NCBI GenBank assembly: GCA_020054235.1
Contig: JAGVLQ010000013.1
Coordinates: 3,571 to 67,570, forward strand
DNA: 64,000 bases
From: Candidatus Babeliales bacterium
GTDB lineage: Bacteria; Babelota; Babeliae; Babelales; JACPOV01
Direction: 5' to 3'
Positions 1 through 9,072 of the stretch are shown one piece after another. Position 1 is the stretch's first letter, and each line of letters starts with the position of its first letter. The notes under the pieces were generated by a model. That model was not told the origin of the DNA, made no database searches, and saw nothing but the letters and a program-made list of their open reading frames with translations. A program made the position numbers and the translations under genes.

Positions 1-77
1 AGCATCTTGCAGGATTTTTAATTGGTGGTGCCAGCACCGATTTTCAAGAATTGAAAAAAATTATAGAATTATTGTAA
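1..77 (+). CDS. tpiA: triosephosphate isomerase, C-terminal fragment (gene begins upstream of window)
   Basis: The frame starting at nt 3 reads HLAGFLIGGASTDFQELKKIIELL and stops at TAA 75-77. The GGAS motif plus short tail is the usual TpiA C-terminus. tpiA followed by secG is a common bacterial arrangement. Confidence 0.55.
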   Translation, partial: HLAGFLIGGASTDFQELKKIIELL

Positions 78-160
78 AACAATAGATATTTTTTTACAAA
101 CAAAGAAAAAAAAGATATTCTTTAACCCAAATCTGATTATTCTAAATCTTGGAGATCTCA

Positions 161-463
161 ATGATTATCGTAGGATTACTTACCGCACTCTTCGTTTTTG
201 TCTGTCTTTTAATGATTCCTCTCATTCTTTTACAAAAAGGAAAAGGAAGCATGGGCCTTGGATCCATGGGCGGCAGTGCTCAAATGCTTTTTGGCGGCGC
301 CGGTGGCCAAGATCTTTTTCAAAAAATGACCTGGATTCTGGGTGCTCTTTTCATGGGCGGCTCATTGCTAATTTCAATCATGAAAACACACCATTACAGT
401 TCTTCTCGCTATTTGACCAAACAACAACCAATTGTTCAGGAAGCTCCTGTCTTACCAGAATAA
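161..463 (+). CDS. secG: preprotein translocase subunit SecG
   Basis: GGAGA at 151-155 precedes ATG 161; the track ORF starts at TTG 149. The roughly 100-aa product has two hydrophobic segments and a Gly-rich loop (LLQKGKGSMGLGSMGGSAQMLFGGAGG), as in SecG. Confidence 0.8.
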   Translation: MIIVGLLTALFVFVCLLMIPLILLQKGKGSMGLGSMGGSAQMLFGGAGGQDLFQKMTWILGALFMGGSLLISIMKTHHYSSSRYLTKQQPIVQEAPVLPE

Positions 464-478
464 GAGCATTTTTAAGCC

Positions 479-1255
479 ATGCTTTTGGTTTTAATACATG
501 GACTTGGCACTTTAGTGCTCTCCAAATGTTTTGTTATTGGTGATTTTTTTTTATTTTTATGGATAGCATTTAAAACCCTTTTCATCACCAAGCTCAATCT
601 CAAAGGAATTTTTATTCAAATAGAACGCATTGGTGTTAATTCCCTAGGGATTGTTATTTTAACAGGAACTTTTGCTGGCGCTGTCTTGGCGCTGCAAAGT
701 TATATTGGTTTCAAGCGATTTGGCGGGCAAGATTTTATTGGTCCAGTTGTTGCTCTGAGTATGACGCGGGAATTAGGACCTGTACTGACTGGTCTTATGG
801 TAACAGGGCGTGCTGGTTCAGCAATTGCAGCAGAAATCGGTACCATGCAAATTACTGAACAAATCGATGCGTTACGTACCATGTGCATCAATATTTGGCA
901 GTATTTGATAGTGCCACGTATTTTTGCAAGCACCTTTATCATGCCCTTTTTAAGTCTTTTTACCATGTTCTTCGGAACTCTCGGAGGCTATTTAATTGGG
1001 GTTTACATTCTCCATATTAATGGCGAAGAATATCTTATCAATATAAAACGTTATGTTGAATTTTCAGATGTGCTCAATGGATTGATAAAATCAGCTATGT
1101 TTGGATTGATTTTCTCTTGGGTCGGTTGCTACAAAGGAATAACAACCGAAGGTGGTGCACGAGGTGTCGGCAGAGCTACAACCAAAACAGTCGTTCTTGC
1201 TTCTGTCATGATTTTAATTGTAAATTATTTTTTAACGGCACTTCTGTTTGAATAA
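479..1255 (+). CDS. mlaE: MlaE-type ABC transporter permease (phospholipid/lipid asymmetry family)
   Basis: Contains the MlaE/YrbE core LSMTRELGPVLTGLMVTGRAGSAIAAEIGTMQITEQIDALRTM. It is followed by the cognate ATPase gene. Confidence 0.8.
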   Translation: MLLVLIHGLGTLVLSKCFVIGDFFLFLWIAFKTLFITKLNLKGIFIQIERIGVNSLGIVILTGTFAGAVLALQSYIGFKRFGGQDFIGPVVALSMTRELGPVLTGLMVTGRAGSAIAAEIGTMQITEQIDALRTMCINIWQYLIVPRIFASTFIMPFLSLFTMFFGTLGGYLIGVYILHINGEEYLINIKRYVEFSDVLNGLIKSAMFGLIFSWVGCYKGITTEGGARGVGRATTKTVVLASVMILIVNYFLTALLFE

Positions 1256-1263
1256 AATAATCA

Positions 1264-2019
1264 ATGATTCAATTAAATGATGTACGTAAAAAATTTGGCT
1301 CAACATGGATAAGCAAGGGAGTTACCCTTGAAATCCCTCCTGGTCAAATGACCGTTATTATTGGTCGTTCTGGCGAAGGAAAATCAGTTCTCTTGAAACA
1401 AATTATTGGGCTTATAAAACCAACTTCTGGTCAAATAATGGTAGATGACATTGATGTTACTAAGCTAACAAATAATGAATTATCTATTATTTTCAAAAAA
1501 CTCGGTTATGTTTTTCAATTTGCCGCACTATTAGATTCACTCAATGTTTTTGAAAATATTTCCATAAAGCTTTTGCAGGATGGTATTAATAAAAATGAAG
1601 CCCTTGCAATAGCAAAAGAAAAATTATCACTCGTTCATTTGCCACAAAATATTTTATGGAAATATCCTTCTGAGCTTTCTGGTGGTATGCGTAAGCGTGT
1701 TGGCCTTGCACGCACCTTGACCACTAATCCAGAAATCATTTTATATGATGAACCAACTACCGGTCTTGATCCTGTTACTACTCGTGTTATTCATGAACTT
1801 ATGTATGACATGCAACAACGACTTAAGGTTACCTCAGTGGTAATTTCTCATGATATTGAAATTTTTAATTATGCTGACAATATCGCACTTTTACATGAAG
1901 GACAAATTCGATTTTTTGGTGATGCAAAAACAATTTGGCAATCAAATAATCCTTTTATCTATCAATTTATTCGCGGTCTTTCCGAAGGACCTATTCAAAC
2001 CGAAACACCTCAGTTGTAA
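1264..2019 (+). CDS. mlaF: MlaF-type ABC transporter ATP-binding protein
   Basis: Walker A GRSGEGKS, ABC signature LSGGMRKRVGLAR and Walker B ILYDEPTTGLD. Sits directly downstream of mlaE. Confidence 0.8.
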   Translation: MIQLNDVRKKFGSTWISKGVTLEIPPGQMTVIIGRSGEGKSVLLKQIIGLIKPTSGQIMVDDIDVTKLTNNELSIIFKKLGYVFQFAALLDSLNVFENISIKLLQDGINKNEALAIAKEKLSLVHLPQNILWKYPSELSGGMRKRVGLARTLTTNPEIILYDEPTTGLDPVTTRVIHELMYDMQQRLKVTSVVISHDIEIFNYADNIALLHEGQIRFFGDAKTIWQSNNPFIYQFIRGLSEGPIQTETPQL

Positions 2020-2083
2020 GATCTTTTTTCCATGATACACTAAGAAATATACAAATATTATTATTGAATAATAAGGCCACGTT

Positions 2084-3073
2084 ATGGAAACACAACAATT
2101 AAACAATCAATTTATTGAAGCAATAAAAGAAGAAGGTAACCACTTAGAACTTCTTAAACATGAAGTTAGTAAATTAATTGTTGGCAATGAAAAAAGCATA
2201 GATTTTATCATAATAGCATTGCTCTGTAATGGTCATATTCTTTTAGAAGGTGTTCCTGGTGTTGCAAAAACAACCACCATCAAAACAATTGCTCAAGCTC
2301 TTGGATTAACGTTTAAACGCATTCAATTTACTCCTGATCTTTTACCGGCAGATTTACTGGGTACTTTAATTTTTAATCCTAAAACCCATGAATTTGAAAC
2401 AAAAAAAGGTCCTATTTTTGCAAATTTAATATTAGCTGATGAAATCAATCGTACCCCAGCAAAAGTACAAGCAGCCTTGCTTGAATGCATGCAAGAACAA
2501 CAAGTCACTCTTGGCTCAACAACCTACAGTCTTGATAAGCCTTTTCTAGTTTTTGCCACTCAAAACCCTATTGAACAAGAAGGTACCTATCGATTGCCCG
2601 AAGCTCAAATCGATCGCTTTATGTTCAAATTAATTATCGAATATTTAAGCCCTGAACAAGAAAAACAAATTATTCAAAAATCAGGCATTAAAACCGTTAT
2701 TAATCCTGTATTTACTAAAGAATCTCTTTTTCAAGCACAAAAACTTGTGCAACAAATATATGTTGATCAAAAAATTATTGATTATATTATCGCGATTGTT
2801 TTTGCAACCAGAAATCCTCTTGACTATAACTTAAAAAAAATAAAGTCATTTATTCAATATGGTGTTTCACCTCGCGCAACTATAGCACTTCACCATGCGG
2901 CACAAGCCCAGGCATTTTTGAAAAAACGTCATTTTGTTATTCCCGATGATATAAAAGCTATTGCTCCAGCAATTTTGCGCCATCGCATCTCATTAAGTTA
3001 TGAAGCTGAAGCTGAAGAAGTTTCTCAAGATGAAATTATTACTACAATTCTCAATACTATTCCATCTCCTTGA
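2084..3073 (+). CDS. MoxR-family AAA+ ATPase
   Basis: LLEGVPGVAKTT (Walker A), LLADEINRTPAKVQAALLECMQEQQVT (Walker B/sensor region) and GVSPRATIAL are typical of MoxR/RavA-like ATPases. Confidence 0.8.
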   Translation: METQQLNNQFIEAIKEEGNHLELLKHEVSKLIVGNEKSIDFIIIALLCNGHILLEGVPGVAKTTTIKTIAQALGLTFKRIQFTPDLLPADLLGTLIFNPKTHEFETKKGPIFANLILADEINRTPAKVQAALLECMQEQQVTLGSTTYSLDKPFLVFATQNPIEQEGTYRLPEAQIDRFMFKLIIEYLSPEQEKQIIQKSGIKTVINPVFTKESLFQAQKLVQQIYVDQKIIDYIIAIVFATRNPLDYNLKKIKSFIQYGVSPRATIALHHAAQAQAFLKKRHFVIPDDIKAIAPAILRHRISLSYEAEAEEVSQDEIITTILNTIPSP

Positions 3074-3125
3074 GAAAAATTCCTCCAAATGACAAGTCAG
3101 CTCTTATAATCAATCTACATTCCGC

Positions 3126-3155
3126 TTGACAAAAAATAATTATGAAGGGTATTGT
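3126..3155 (+). promoter_or_regulatory. possible sigma70-type promoter of the secretin cluster
   Basis: TTGACA at 3126-3131, an 18-nt spacer, then TATTGT at 3150-3155. Sequence match only, in AT-rich DNA. Confidence 0.3.
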
Positions 3156-3185
3156 GTGAAAGTAATGTCAAAAAAAGGAATATTA

Positions 3186-4346
3186 ATGAAACATCCTTTT
3201 TGGCTGGTAAATAGTACTCTCTTATTGTTCTTTTTTGCCGCGCTATTATTTGCGTTTTTTTCTTGGCAACCAACTCCGATACGAGTTTCATTTGAACCAC
3301 GAGAAGAGTTAAAGCCAGTAAAAAAAGAACTTGCAAAAATTGATCTGAGCAAAATTTATACTAATGATCTTTTTAATACCTATGTCCAGCCATTGCCGAT
3401 ACCAAAAGAACCTGATTACACTAAACCCCTACCACAACCTCCTATGCCAAAACCACCAGCAATACCGGCAACGCCACCTATTAAATTTTTGGAGCCTTTA
3501 AAAATTAATTTACGAGGTATTATCGTTGCCACCGATGAACGGATGAATATCGCAGTTATTGAAGATGCAAAAACTACCCTAGCAAAAAATTATAAAATCG
3601 GTGATATGCTTGAAGATGCACAACTCATTCGTATTTTAAAAAATAAAATCATTCTTATTAGATCAAATGGCCAACAAGAAACTTTATATGTAACTCAACA
3701 TGATGCAGAATTAGAACAACTCCTACTACCAATAAATAATTGGTCATCTGTTATTAAAAAAGTAAGTGAAACTAAATACAATATAGATCCTGAGCTTTTT
3801 GTAGAAAAAATAAGAAACTTAGCTCAATTTATTGACGCATTAAATTTAATTACGGTATACCGTCAAGGAGAAAGTATTGGTTGCCGTGTTGGCAAATTAG
3901 AAAATAATTCATTAGGTATTGCACTTGGCTTAATGCAAGGAGATATTATTCAATCAATTAATAATATTCCTCTAACAACAACTGATAATCGCTTTGAAAT
4001 TTATAAATCAATTTTAGGAATGGTGCCAATAGGTAGTTTTACAGCAGTAATATTGAGAAAAAATCAACCTTTAACCATAACCTACACTTTAAATAAAATT
4101 GATGCCTTAAGCGAAGTTGAAACATCTACAGCAATAAAACCTATAATAATTAAACCTGATGAAAAATCACCAGAACAAATTGAACGAGAACAAAAAAAAA
4201 TATTGGAAGAAAAATATCGTTTTGCACCAACCGCTGAAGAATTACAAAAAAAAGAAAAACAAGATATGCTCAAAATGAGTCAAAAAAATAGTCGACTTCG
4301 TGAACGAAAAAACCGCGGAGTACTTTTAAATAACGTGAATGCATAA
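3186..4346 (+). CDS. GspC/PilP-like secretin-docking protein with C-terminal PDZ domain
   Basis: N-terminal TM segment (LVNSTLLLFFFAALLFAFF), Pro-rich linker, a GspC-HR/PilP-like beta domain (LRGIIVATDERMNIAVIEDAKT...IILIRSNGQQETLYV) and a PDZ-like segment (GCRVGKLENNSLGIALGLMQGDIIQSINNIPL). I prefer ATG 3186, which has AGGA at 3176-3179. ATG 3165 and the track's TTG 3126 are alternatives. The stop overlaps the next start (TAATG at 4344-4348). Confidence 0.6.
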   Translation: MKHPFWLVNSTLLLFFFAALLFAFFSWQPTPIRVSFEPREELKPVKKELAKIDLSKIYTNDLFNTYVQPLPIPKEPDYTKPLPQPPMPKPPAIPATPPIKFLEPLKINLRGIIVATDERMNIAVIEDAKTTLAKNYKIGDMLEDAQLIRILKNKIILIRSNGQQETLYVTQHDAELEQLLLPINNWSSVIKKVSETKYNIDPELFVEKIRNLAQFIDALNLITVYRQGESIGCRVGKLENNSLGIALGLMQGDIIQSINNIPLTTTDNRFEIYKSILGMVPIGSFTAVILRKNQPLTITYTLNKIDALSEVETSTAIKPIIIKPDEKSPEQIEREQKKILEEKYRFAPTAEELQKKEKQDMLKMSQKNSRLRERKNRGVLLNNVNA

Positions 4347-6883
4347 TGAAAATTAAAAAATTAATGCATGCTAAAATTTTTTTTCTTTGGTTCTTTAGTT
4401 CTACCTTTTGCATCACTTTGTTTGGCTATGCAAAAAAAAGAAAACCTGTAGAACAAGAAAAAACTATTGAAGCTGATTCTTCGATAACTACTACACAAAA
4501 CTCATTATCATCAAATTACCATGAAAATTATGAAGATAAACAAAAACCAATAAAACCTCCTATAAGACCTGAAAGTGCTACTGATGATAAAGATGATTTA
4601 ATTGAAGTAAATCTAGAAAACACTGATTTACCTAATCTTTTACAATGGGTTTCAGACGTTTTTGAAATAAATTTTCTTTCTGATGATGCACTTAAACCAC
4701 CTCCTCAAGGAGGAAAAACCTTAACTGGTAACAAAATAAGCTTTAAAACACACGCCCCCATAACAAAAAAGGAGGTCTGGGATCTTTTTGTCACGTTCTT
4801 GGATCTTTTTGGTTTTGGACTCGTACAAGGAACCATCCCAAATTTTTATCGTGTTATGCAAAACGATCCAAAAGTTGCTGCTTCCATCACAAAGGCACCA
4901 CTGCCTTCTTATATAAATATTCGTTGGGAAAAATTACCAAATAATGATACGACCATTCGCTATGTTTATTTTGTACAAAATAGTTCTCTTGCAACTATTC
5001 AATCAATCGTTGATGCATTTAGAAGCCAAAATTCTACACTCAAATCACTACCAGATCTCAATGCATTTTTATTAACTGATAAAGCTGCAAATATCCGTGC
5101 TGTTATGCAAGTTGTTGAAGAGCTTGACAGACTAACACAGCCAGAAGCACTTTCTGTATTAAAATTAAAAAATGCTGATGCTGATGAAGTGGTAAAATTG
5201 TATAATAACCTAACACAAGTACAAGATCCTCGAGGCCTTGCTGCGCGTATTTTAGGAACTGCAAAAAAACCAACCAGTGTTTACTTTCCAGAAACATTAC
5301 GTTTAATTGCTGAACGCAGAACCAATACCTTGATTATTCTTGGTGATGCAGAAGGTATTAAAAAAGTTGAAGATTTTATTATTAATTATGTCGATACTGA
5401 ACTCAAGCTTCCTTACTCGCCACTCTATGTTTATGACTTGCAATATACCAATGCTAAAGATATGGCTGATATTTTAACTGCTGTTACTAAGCCCCCAAGT
5501 ACTCCTGCTTCACAATTTGGCGGTGTCCGTGAAGGAGATAAATATTTACAACCTATTATTTTCCAAGCTGAAGAACAAGGTAATCGTTTGCTTATTAAAG
5601 CAGAAAAGGAAGATTATCTAAAAGTTCGTGAAATTATAAAGCAACTTGATGTCAAACAACCGCAAGTTGCAATTGAAGTTTTAATTGTAAATGTTATTGC
5701 AACCGATGATCGTGAACTTGGTGTACAAATTCGTAATAAAGATTCTAATACCGTAAGCAAAAATCTTGATTTCCAAACATCAGGATTTCCACTCACTGGT
5801 GGTTCAAAAGCACCACCACAAGTGCAGCCAGATTCAACTAATAATCCATCAGCCGGATCTTTAATGGCAAACTTAATTTCATTAGCGGTCGGCCAAACGC
5901 CAGGCTCTACCCTATTGTCTATTGCAAACACAAAAGATGGTGTAAATGCTTCTGGTGTTTGGGCAATTTTTAAATTACTCCAAGCCTATGCACGTACAAA
6001 TGTTATCTCTAATCCATTCTTGATAACCACCAACAAATATCCTGCTGAAGTTTCCATTGGCGAAACCCGCCGTGTACAAACTAGTGTTACTGCTGGTACA
6101 CAAAATACCTTTGGGTTCGGTGACGTTTCTGCTAATTTAGCAGTAAAAATAACCCCACAGATTAATAGTATTGGCATGATAAATTTAGCAATTGATATAA
6201 GTATCGACAATTTTACGGAAGCAGCAGATCCAAATGATGCAACCATTGATAGTAAAACAGTTCATACCAATGCTAATGTTGGTAATGGTGAGGTACTGGC
6301 TATTGGGGGATTACTCCAAACAACCGAAGCAGATATGACTGCCAAAGTTCCGATTTTAGGCGATATGCCTTTAATAGGCTGGTTTTTTAAAAGTAAAACA
6401 AAAACCAAAAGAAAAGATAATTTAATAGTATTTATTTCCCCACGCATTATTGAACCTCGTTTAGAAGGTGGCATGAATGAACATACAAAAGTAAAATCAT
6501 GTAAAGCTAAAGACTCATTTGGTGAAATGAGAACGCCAGCTGAAAAACGTGATCCTATTCATCGATGGTTCTTTAAAGATTATCCATGTGAAAATACTGA
6601 ATTTATAGACGATTTTATAGCACATCGTAATAATGAACCTTATTGTCGTGTTGCCTGTGAAGAATGCCCTGAACAAATAGATCCTGATTATGTATGCTGT
6701 CAAGAAACAAAGCGTTTTATTACGTCAGATGACAAAAGTCCAGCAAAAAAAGAGCATCCTATTATTGTAGAAAAAAATACTGATCCAAAGCAAAATTCCA
6801 TAAAGTTGGCAGCGCATAAAAAAAGTACAAAAAAATCGATTACACAATTTTTGCCACCTAAAAATAATGAGGGCGTGGCATGA
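4346..6883 (+). CDS. GspD/PilQ-family outer-membrane secretin, paralog A, with Cys-rich C-terminal tail
   Basis: N0-like domain (IEVNLENTDLPNLLQWVSDVFEINF), repeated N domains and the secretin core (VAIEVLIVNV...TNANVGNGEVLAIGGLLQ...VPILGDMPLIGWFFKSK...LIVFISPRII). Confidence 0.85.
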   Translation: MKIKKLMHAKIFFLWFFSSTFCITLFGYAKKRKPVEQEKTIEADSSITTTQNSLSSNYHENYEDKQKPIKPPIRPESATDDKDDLIEVNLENTDLPNLLQWVSDVFEINFLSDDALKPPPQGGKTLTGNKISFKTHAPITKKEVWDLFVTFLDLFGFGLVQGTIPNFYRVMQNDPKVAASITKAPLPSYINIRWEKLPNNDTTIRYVYFVQNSSLATIQSIVDAFRSQNSTLKSLPDLNAFLLTDKAANIRAVMQVVEELDRLTQPEALSVLKLKNADADEVVKLYNNLTQVQDPRGLAARILGTAKKPTSVYFPETLRLIAERRTNTLIILGDAEGIKKVEDFIINYVDTELKLPYSPLYVYDLQYTNAKDMADILTAVTKPPSTPASQFGGVREGDKYLQPIIFQAEEQGNRLLIKAEKEDYLKVREIIKQLDVKQPQVAIEVLIVNVIATDDRELGVQIRNKDSNTVSKNLDFQTSGFPLTGGSKAPPQVQPDSTNNPSAGSLMANLISLAVGQTPGSTLLSIANTKDGVNASGVWAIFKLLQAYARTNVISNPFLITTNKYPAEVSIGETRRVQTSVTAGTQNTFGFGDVSANLAVKITPQINSIGMINLAIDISIDNFTEAADPNDATIDSKTVHTNANVGNGEVLAIGGLLQTTEADMTAKVPILGDMPLIGWFFKSKTKTKRKDNLIVFISPRIIEPRLEGGMNEHTKVKSCKAKDSFGEMRTPAEKRDPIHRWFFKDYPCENTEFIDDFIAHRNNEPYCRVACEECPEQIDPDYVCCQETKRFITSDDKSPAKKEHPIIVEKNTDPKQNSIKLAAHKKSTKKSITQFLPPKNNEGVA

Positions 6884-8499
6884 TAACTGATATTTTTATT
6901 CCAGAAAAAATTGGTTCCTATTATTTACTCCCAAAACGCATTCTCGGCTTTGATCTAACCAAAACACATGTTTATGCTTCTCAATTATATCTTTCAGGTA
7001 ATTCTATAATTCTTGAAAAATTTTATCAGGAAGTAATAGACCCTGACACTACTAAGCCATACCCTGAACGCGTTGCTCAGGCTATACGCACCATCACTGA
7101 TCAAGCACCACCATGCAATGAAATACGATCGTCACTTTCAAGCATTGTTGTAGTTTTTAAAGAATTAACGGTCCCTTTTTTGGAGCCAGAAAAAATCTCG
7201 ATGATTCTCTACTTTGAAATAGAACAGTATTTACCATTCCCTCTGCAAAATGCTTTAGTTGATTTTATTATTACCAAACAAAATAACGAAGAAAAAACAT
7301 CAACCATTTTTGTAGCTGCAGTTCAAAAAGAATATGTAGCAACACAATTAGCATATTTCGAACTTGCTGGCATAAACCCACAAACAATTACTTTAGATCT
7401 TTTTGATCTCTATGGTTTTTATCGAGAAATACCTGCCTATAATCATTTAGGTAACATTGTGACTTTAATCGATATTGAATTTAATGCAACGCGCATAGCC
7501 TTTATTGTCAATAAACAACTAAAATTAATAAGAACACTACCTCGCGGCATCGCGCATGTGGCAAAGAATATTGCACAAAATCTTAATATACAAAATGGCA
7601 AAGCTTTAGAAGATATAATTCGTTTTGGCTTAGAAAAACTTGATGATGAAAATTATAAAAAAGTTGCATCTATTGCTATGAATGAGTATTTGCAAGATAT
7701 TAAATTTACGCTGCAATCTTTTTTGTCTCAAACAATAAAATATACCGCTATTGATCAAATTTTATTACTTGGAAGAGGATCAGAAATAAATCATATTGAA
7801 AAATTCTTTTCTGAAAACTTACAGATGCATTGCAGCATATTTGATAGTAATGCATTATTAAAAATGTCACAGGTAACTATCAAAAATAGCACTCGAATTC
7901 CTCGTGCTAATGTAATTAGTTTGAGCACAACTTTTCCAAGTCCAATAACAGAAAACTTTAATTTAAGACAACAAGAATTTGCCCCTTCAGCAAATATACA
8001 ATTTTATAAACAATTTTTTTGTATGGTAACACTCACCTGTCTTATCTTAATGACATTATTTGGTCACAGCTACTGGCAAGTACGCAAGCTTCATTTAGCC
8101 GCACAAGCAATGGAACGTTCTGTTATTACCAAATTAAATGAACTTGATTTAACTGATGCAAGAGATTTTAAAAGAGCCATTGATGATGCTGAAGAAAAAG
8201 TCTCAAAAGAAGAAGAGCTCTGGTTTGGCTTTTCTCGCCAAACTCGTTTTTCATTTTTAAAAGCATTACAAGATTTGAGTACTGCCATTGATCGTAAAAG
8301 TCTGGGTCTTCAACTGAAAAAAATGATAATTACCACCACTGAGATTACGATTGAAGGTGAAGTTAAAGGTTTTGAAGAACTCAAACTATTAGAAAGAGCA
8401 TTAAAGGAATCAAAATTGTTTGCGTATGTTCCTACACTACAAGAGCTAAAATTTAGTGAAAAGTTGCTTTTACGAAAAAATAGTGAAGGAGCTCAATGA
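6880..8499 (+). CDS. PilM/GspL-like actin-fold assembly protein fused to a TM segment and PilN-like periplasmic domain
   Basis: ATGA overlap with the secretin stop (6880-6883). PilM-like N-terminus (ILGFDLTKTHVYASQL...), one TM segment near residue 390 (FFCMVTLTCLILMTLFG) and a coiled C-terminal region. Confidence 0.6.
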   Translation: MITDIFIPEKIGSYYLLPKRILGFDLTKTHVYASQLYLSGNSIILEKFYQEVIDPDTTKPYPERVAQAIRTITDQAPPCNEIRSSLSSIVVVFKELTVPFLEPEKISMILYFEIEQYLPFPLQNALVDFIITKQNNEEKTSTIFVAAVQKEYVATQLAYFELAGINPQTITLDLFDLYGFYREIPAYNHLGNIVTLIDIEFNATRIAFIVNKQLKLIRTLPRGIAHVAKNIAQNLNIQNGKALEDIIRFGLEKLDDENYKKVASIAMNEYLQDIKFTLQSFLSQTIKYTAIDQILLLGRGSEINHIEKFFSENLQMHCSIFDSNALLKMSQVTIKNSTRIPRANVISLSTTFPSPITENFNLRQQEFAPSANIQFYKQFFCMVTLTCLILMTLFGHSYWQVRKLHLAAQAMERSVITKLNELDLTDARDFKRAIDDAEEKVSKEEELWFGFSRQTRFSFLKALQDLSTAIDRKSLGLQLKKMIITTTEITIEGEVKGFEELKLLERALKESKLFAYVPTLQELKFSEKLLLRKNSEGAQ

Positions 8500-9065
8500 A
8501 TGCTCTTAATCAAATAAAAGATTATATTGACCAACTTGATAAAAAATATTTCCAGCGTTATGTAATTATCGCTGGTTCATTGGTACTTATTATTTCTTCT
8601 TTAATTCTTTATCGCTATTATAGAAATATTTTCTTTTATAAAAAAAAGATTGAGACCATAAATCACAAGCGAAAAGAAGTAAAAGATATTCTCGAACGAT
8701 TTGAAATGGTAAAAATTCAACAAACTGAAGTTGATAATCTTTTAGAAAAAGATAAAGACTTTAAAATTGGTGGCTATTTTAATGAAGTTATAACTAAAAT
8801 CGGCATTGCTCAAAATAAAACCCGTGAACCAGAAACATCTTCCGAAGAACTTGATAATGGCTATACCGAAAGAAAATTATATGCAAGTTTTTCGAATATA
8901 ACCATGCAAAAATTAACCGAATTACTTGATACCATCGAACAAAATGAACGTATTTATACTAAAGAAGTTGAAATGTATAAACCTGATACAGGCCGAACAA
9001 TCAATGTTAATTTGCTTATTGCAACGCTTGAGCCTAAAATTGAAACAACAGAATTAGCGGAGTAA
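8496..9065 (+). CDS. PilO/GspM-like inner-membrane assembly protein
   Basis: ATGA overlap at 8496-8499. Short cytoplasmic N-terminus, one TM segment (YVIIAGSLVLIISSLILY), a coiled coil and a small C-terminal domain. The call rests on architecture and position only. Confidence 0.45.
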   Translation: MNALNQIKDYIDQLDKKYFQRYVIIAGSLVLIISSLILYRYYRNIFFYKKKIETINHKRKEVKDILERFEMVKIQQTEVDNLLEKDKDFKIGGYFNEVITKIGIAQNKTREPETSSEELDNGYTERKLYASFSNITMQKLTELLDTIEQNERIYTKEVEMYKPDTGRTINVNLLIATLEPKIETTELAE

Positions 9066-9072
9066 TATAGTT

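Noticed and set aside
700-966. Numerous 60-118-codon ORFs antisense to or nested in long genes (for example 700-966, 2323-2508, 5614-5931, 13257-13553, 24439-24795, 25346-25669, 36897-37211, 46700-47035, 53788-54111, 63145-63459)
   Set aside because: All lie inside well-supported conserved genes on the opposite strand or in another frame. They have odd compositions and lack SD sequences. They are shadow ORFs.
2084-4346. Functional link between the MoxR ATPase and the secretin cluster
   Set aside because: The only evidence is adjacency, with a 90-nt spacer containing a possible promoter. There is no overlap or coupling, and MoxR partners are normally VWA proteins. It is noted in the findings as context but not claimed.
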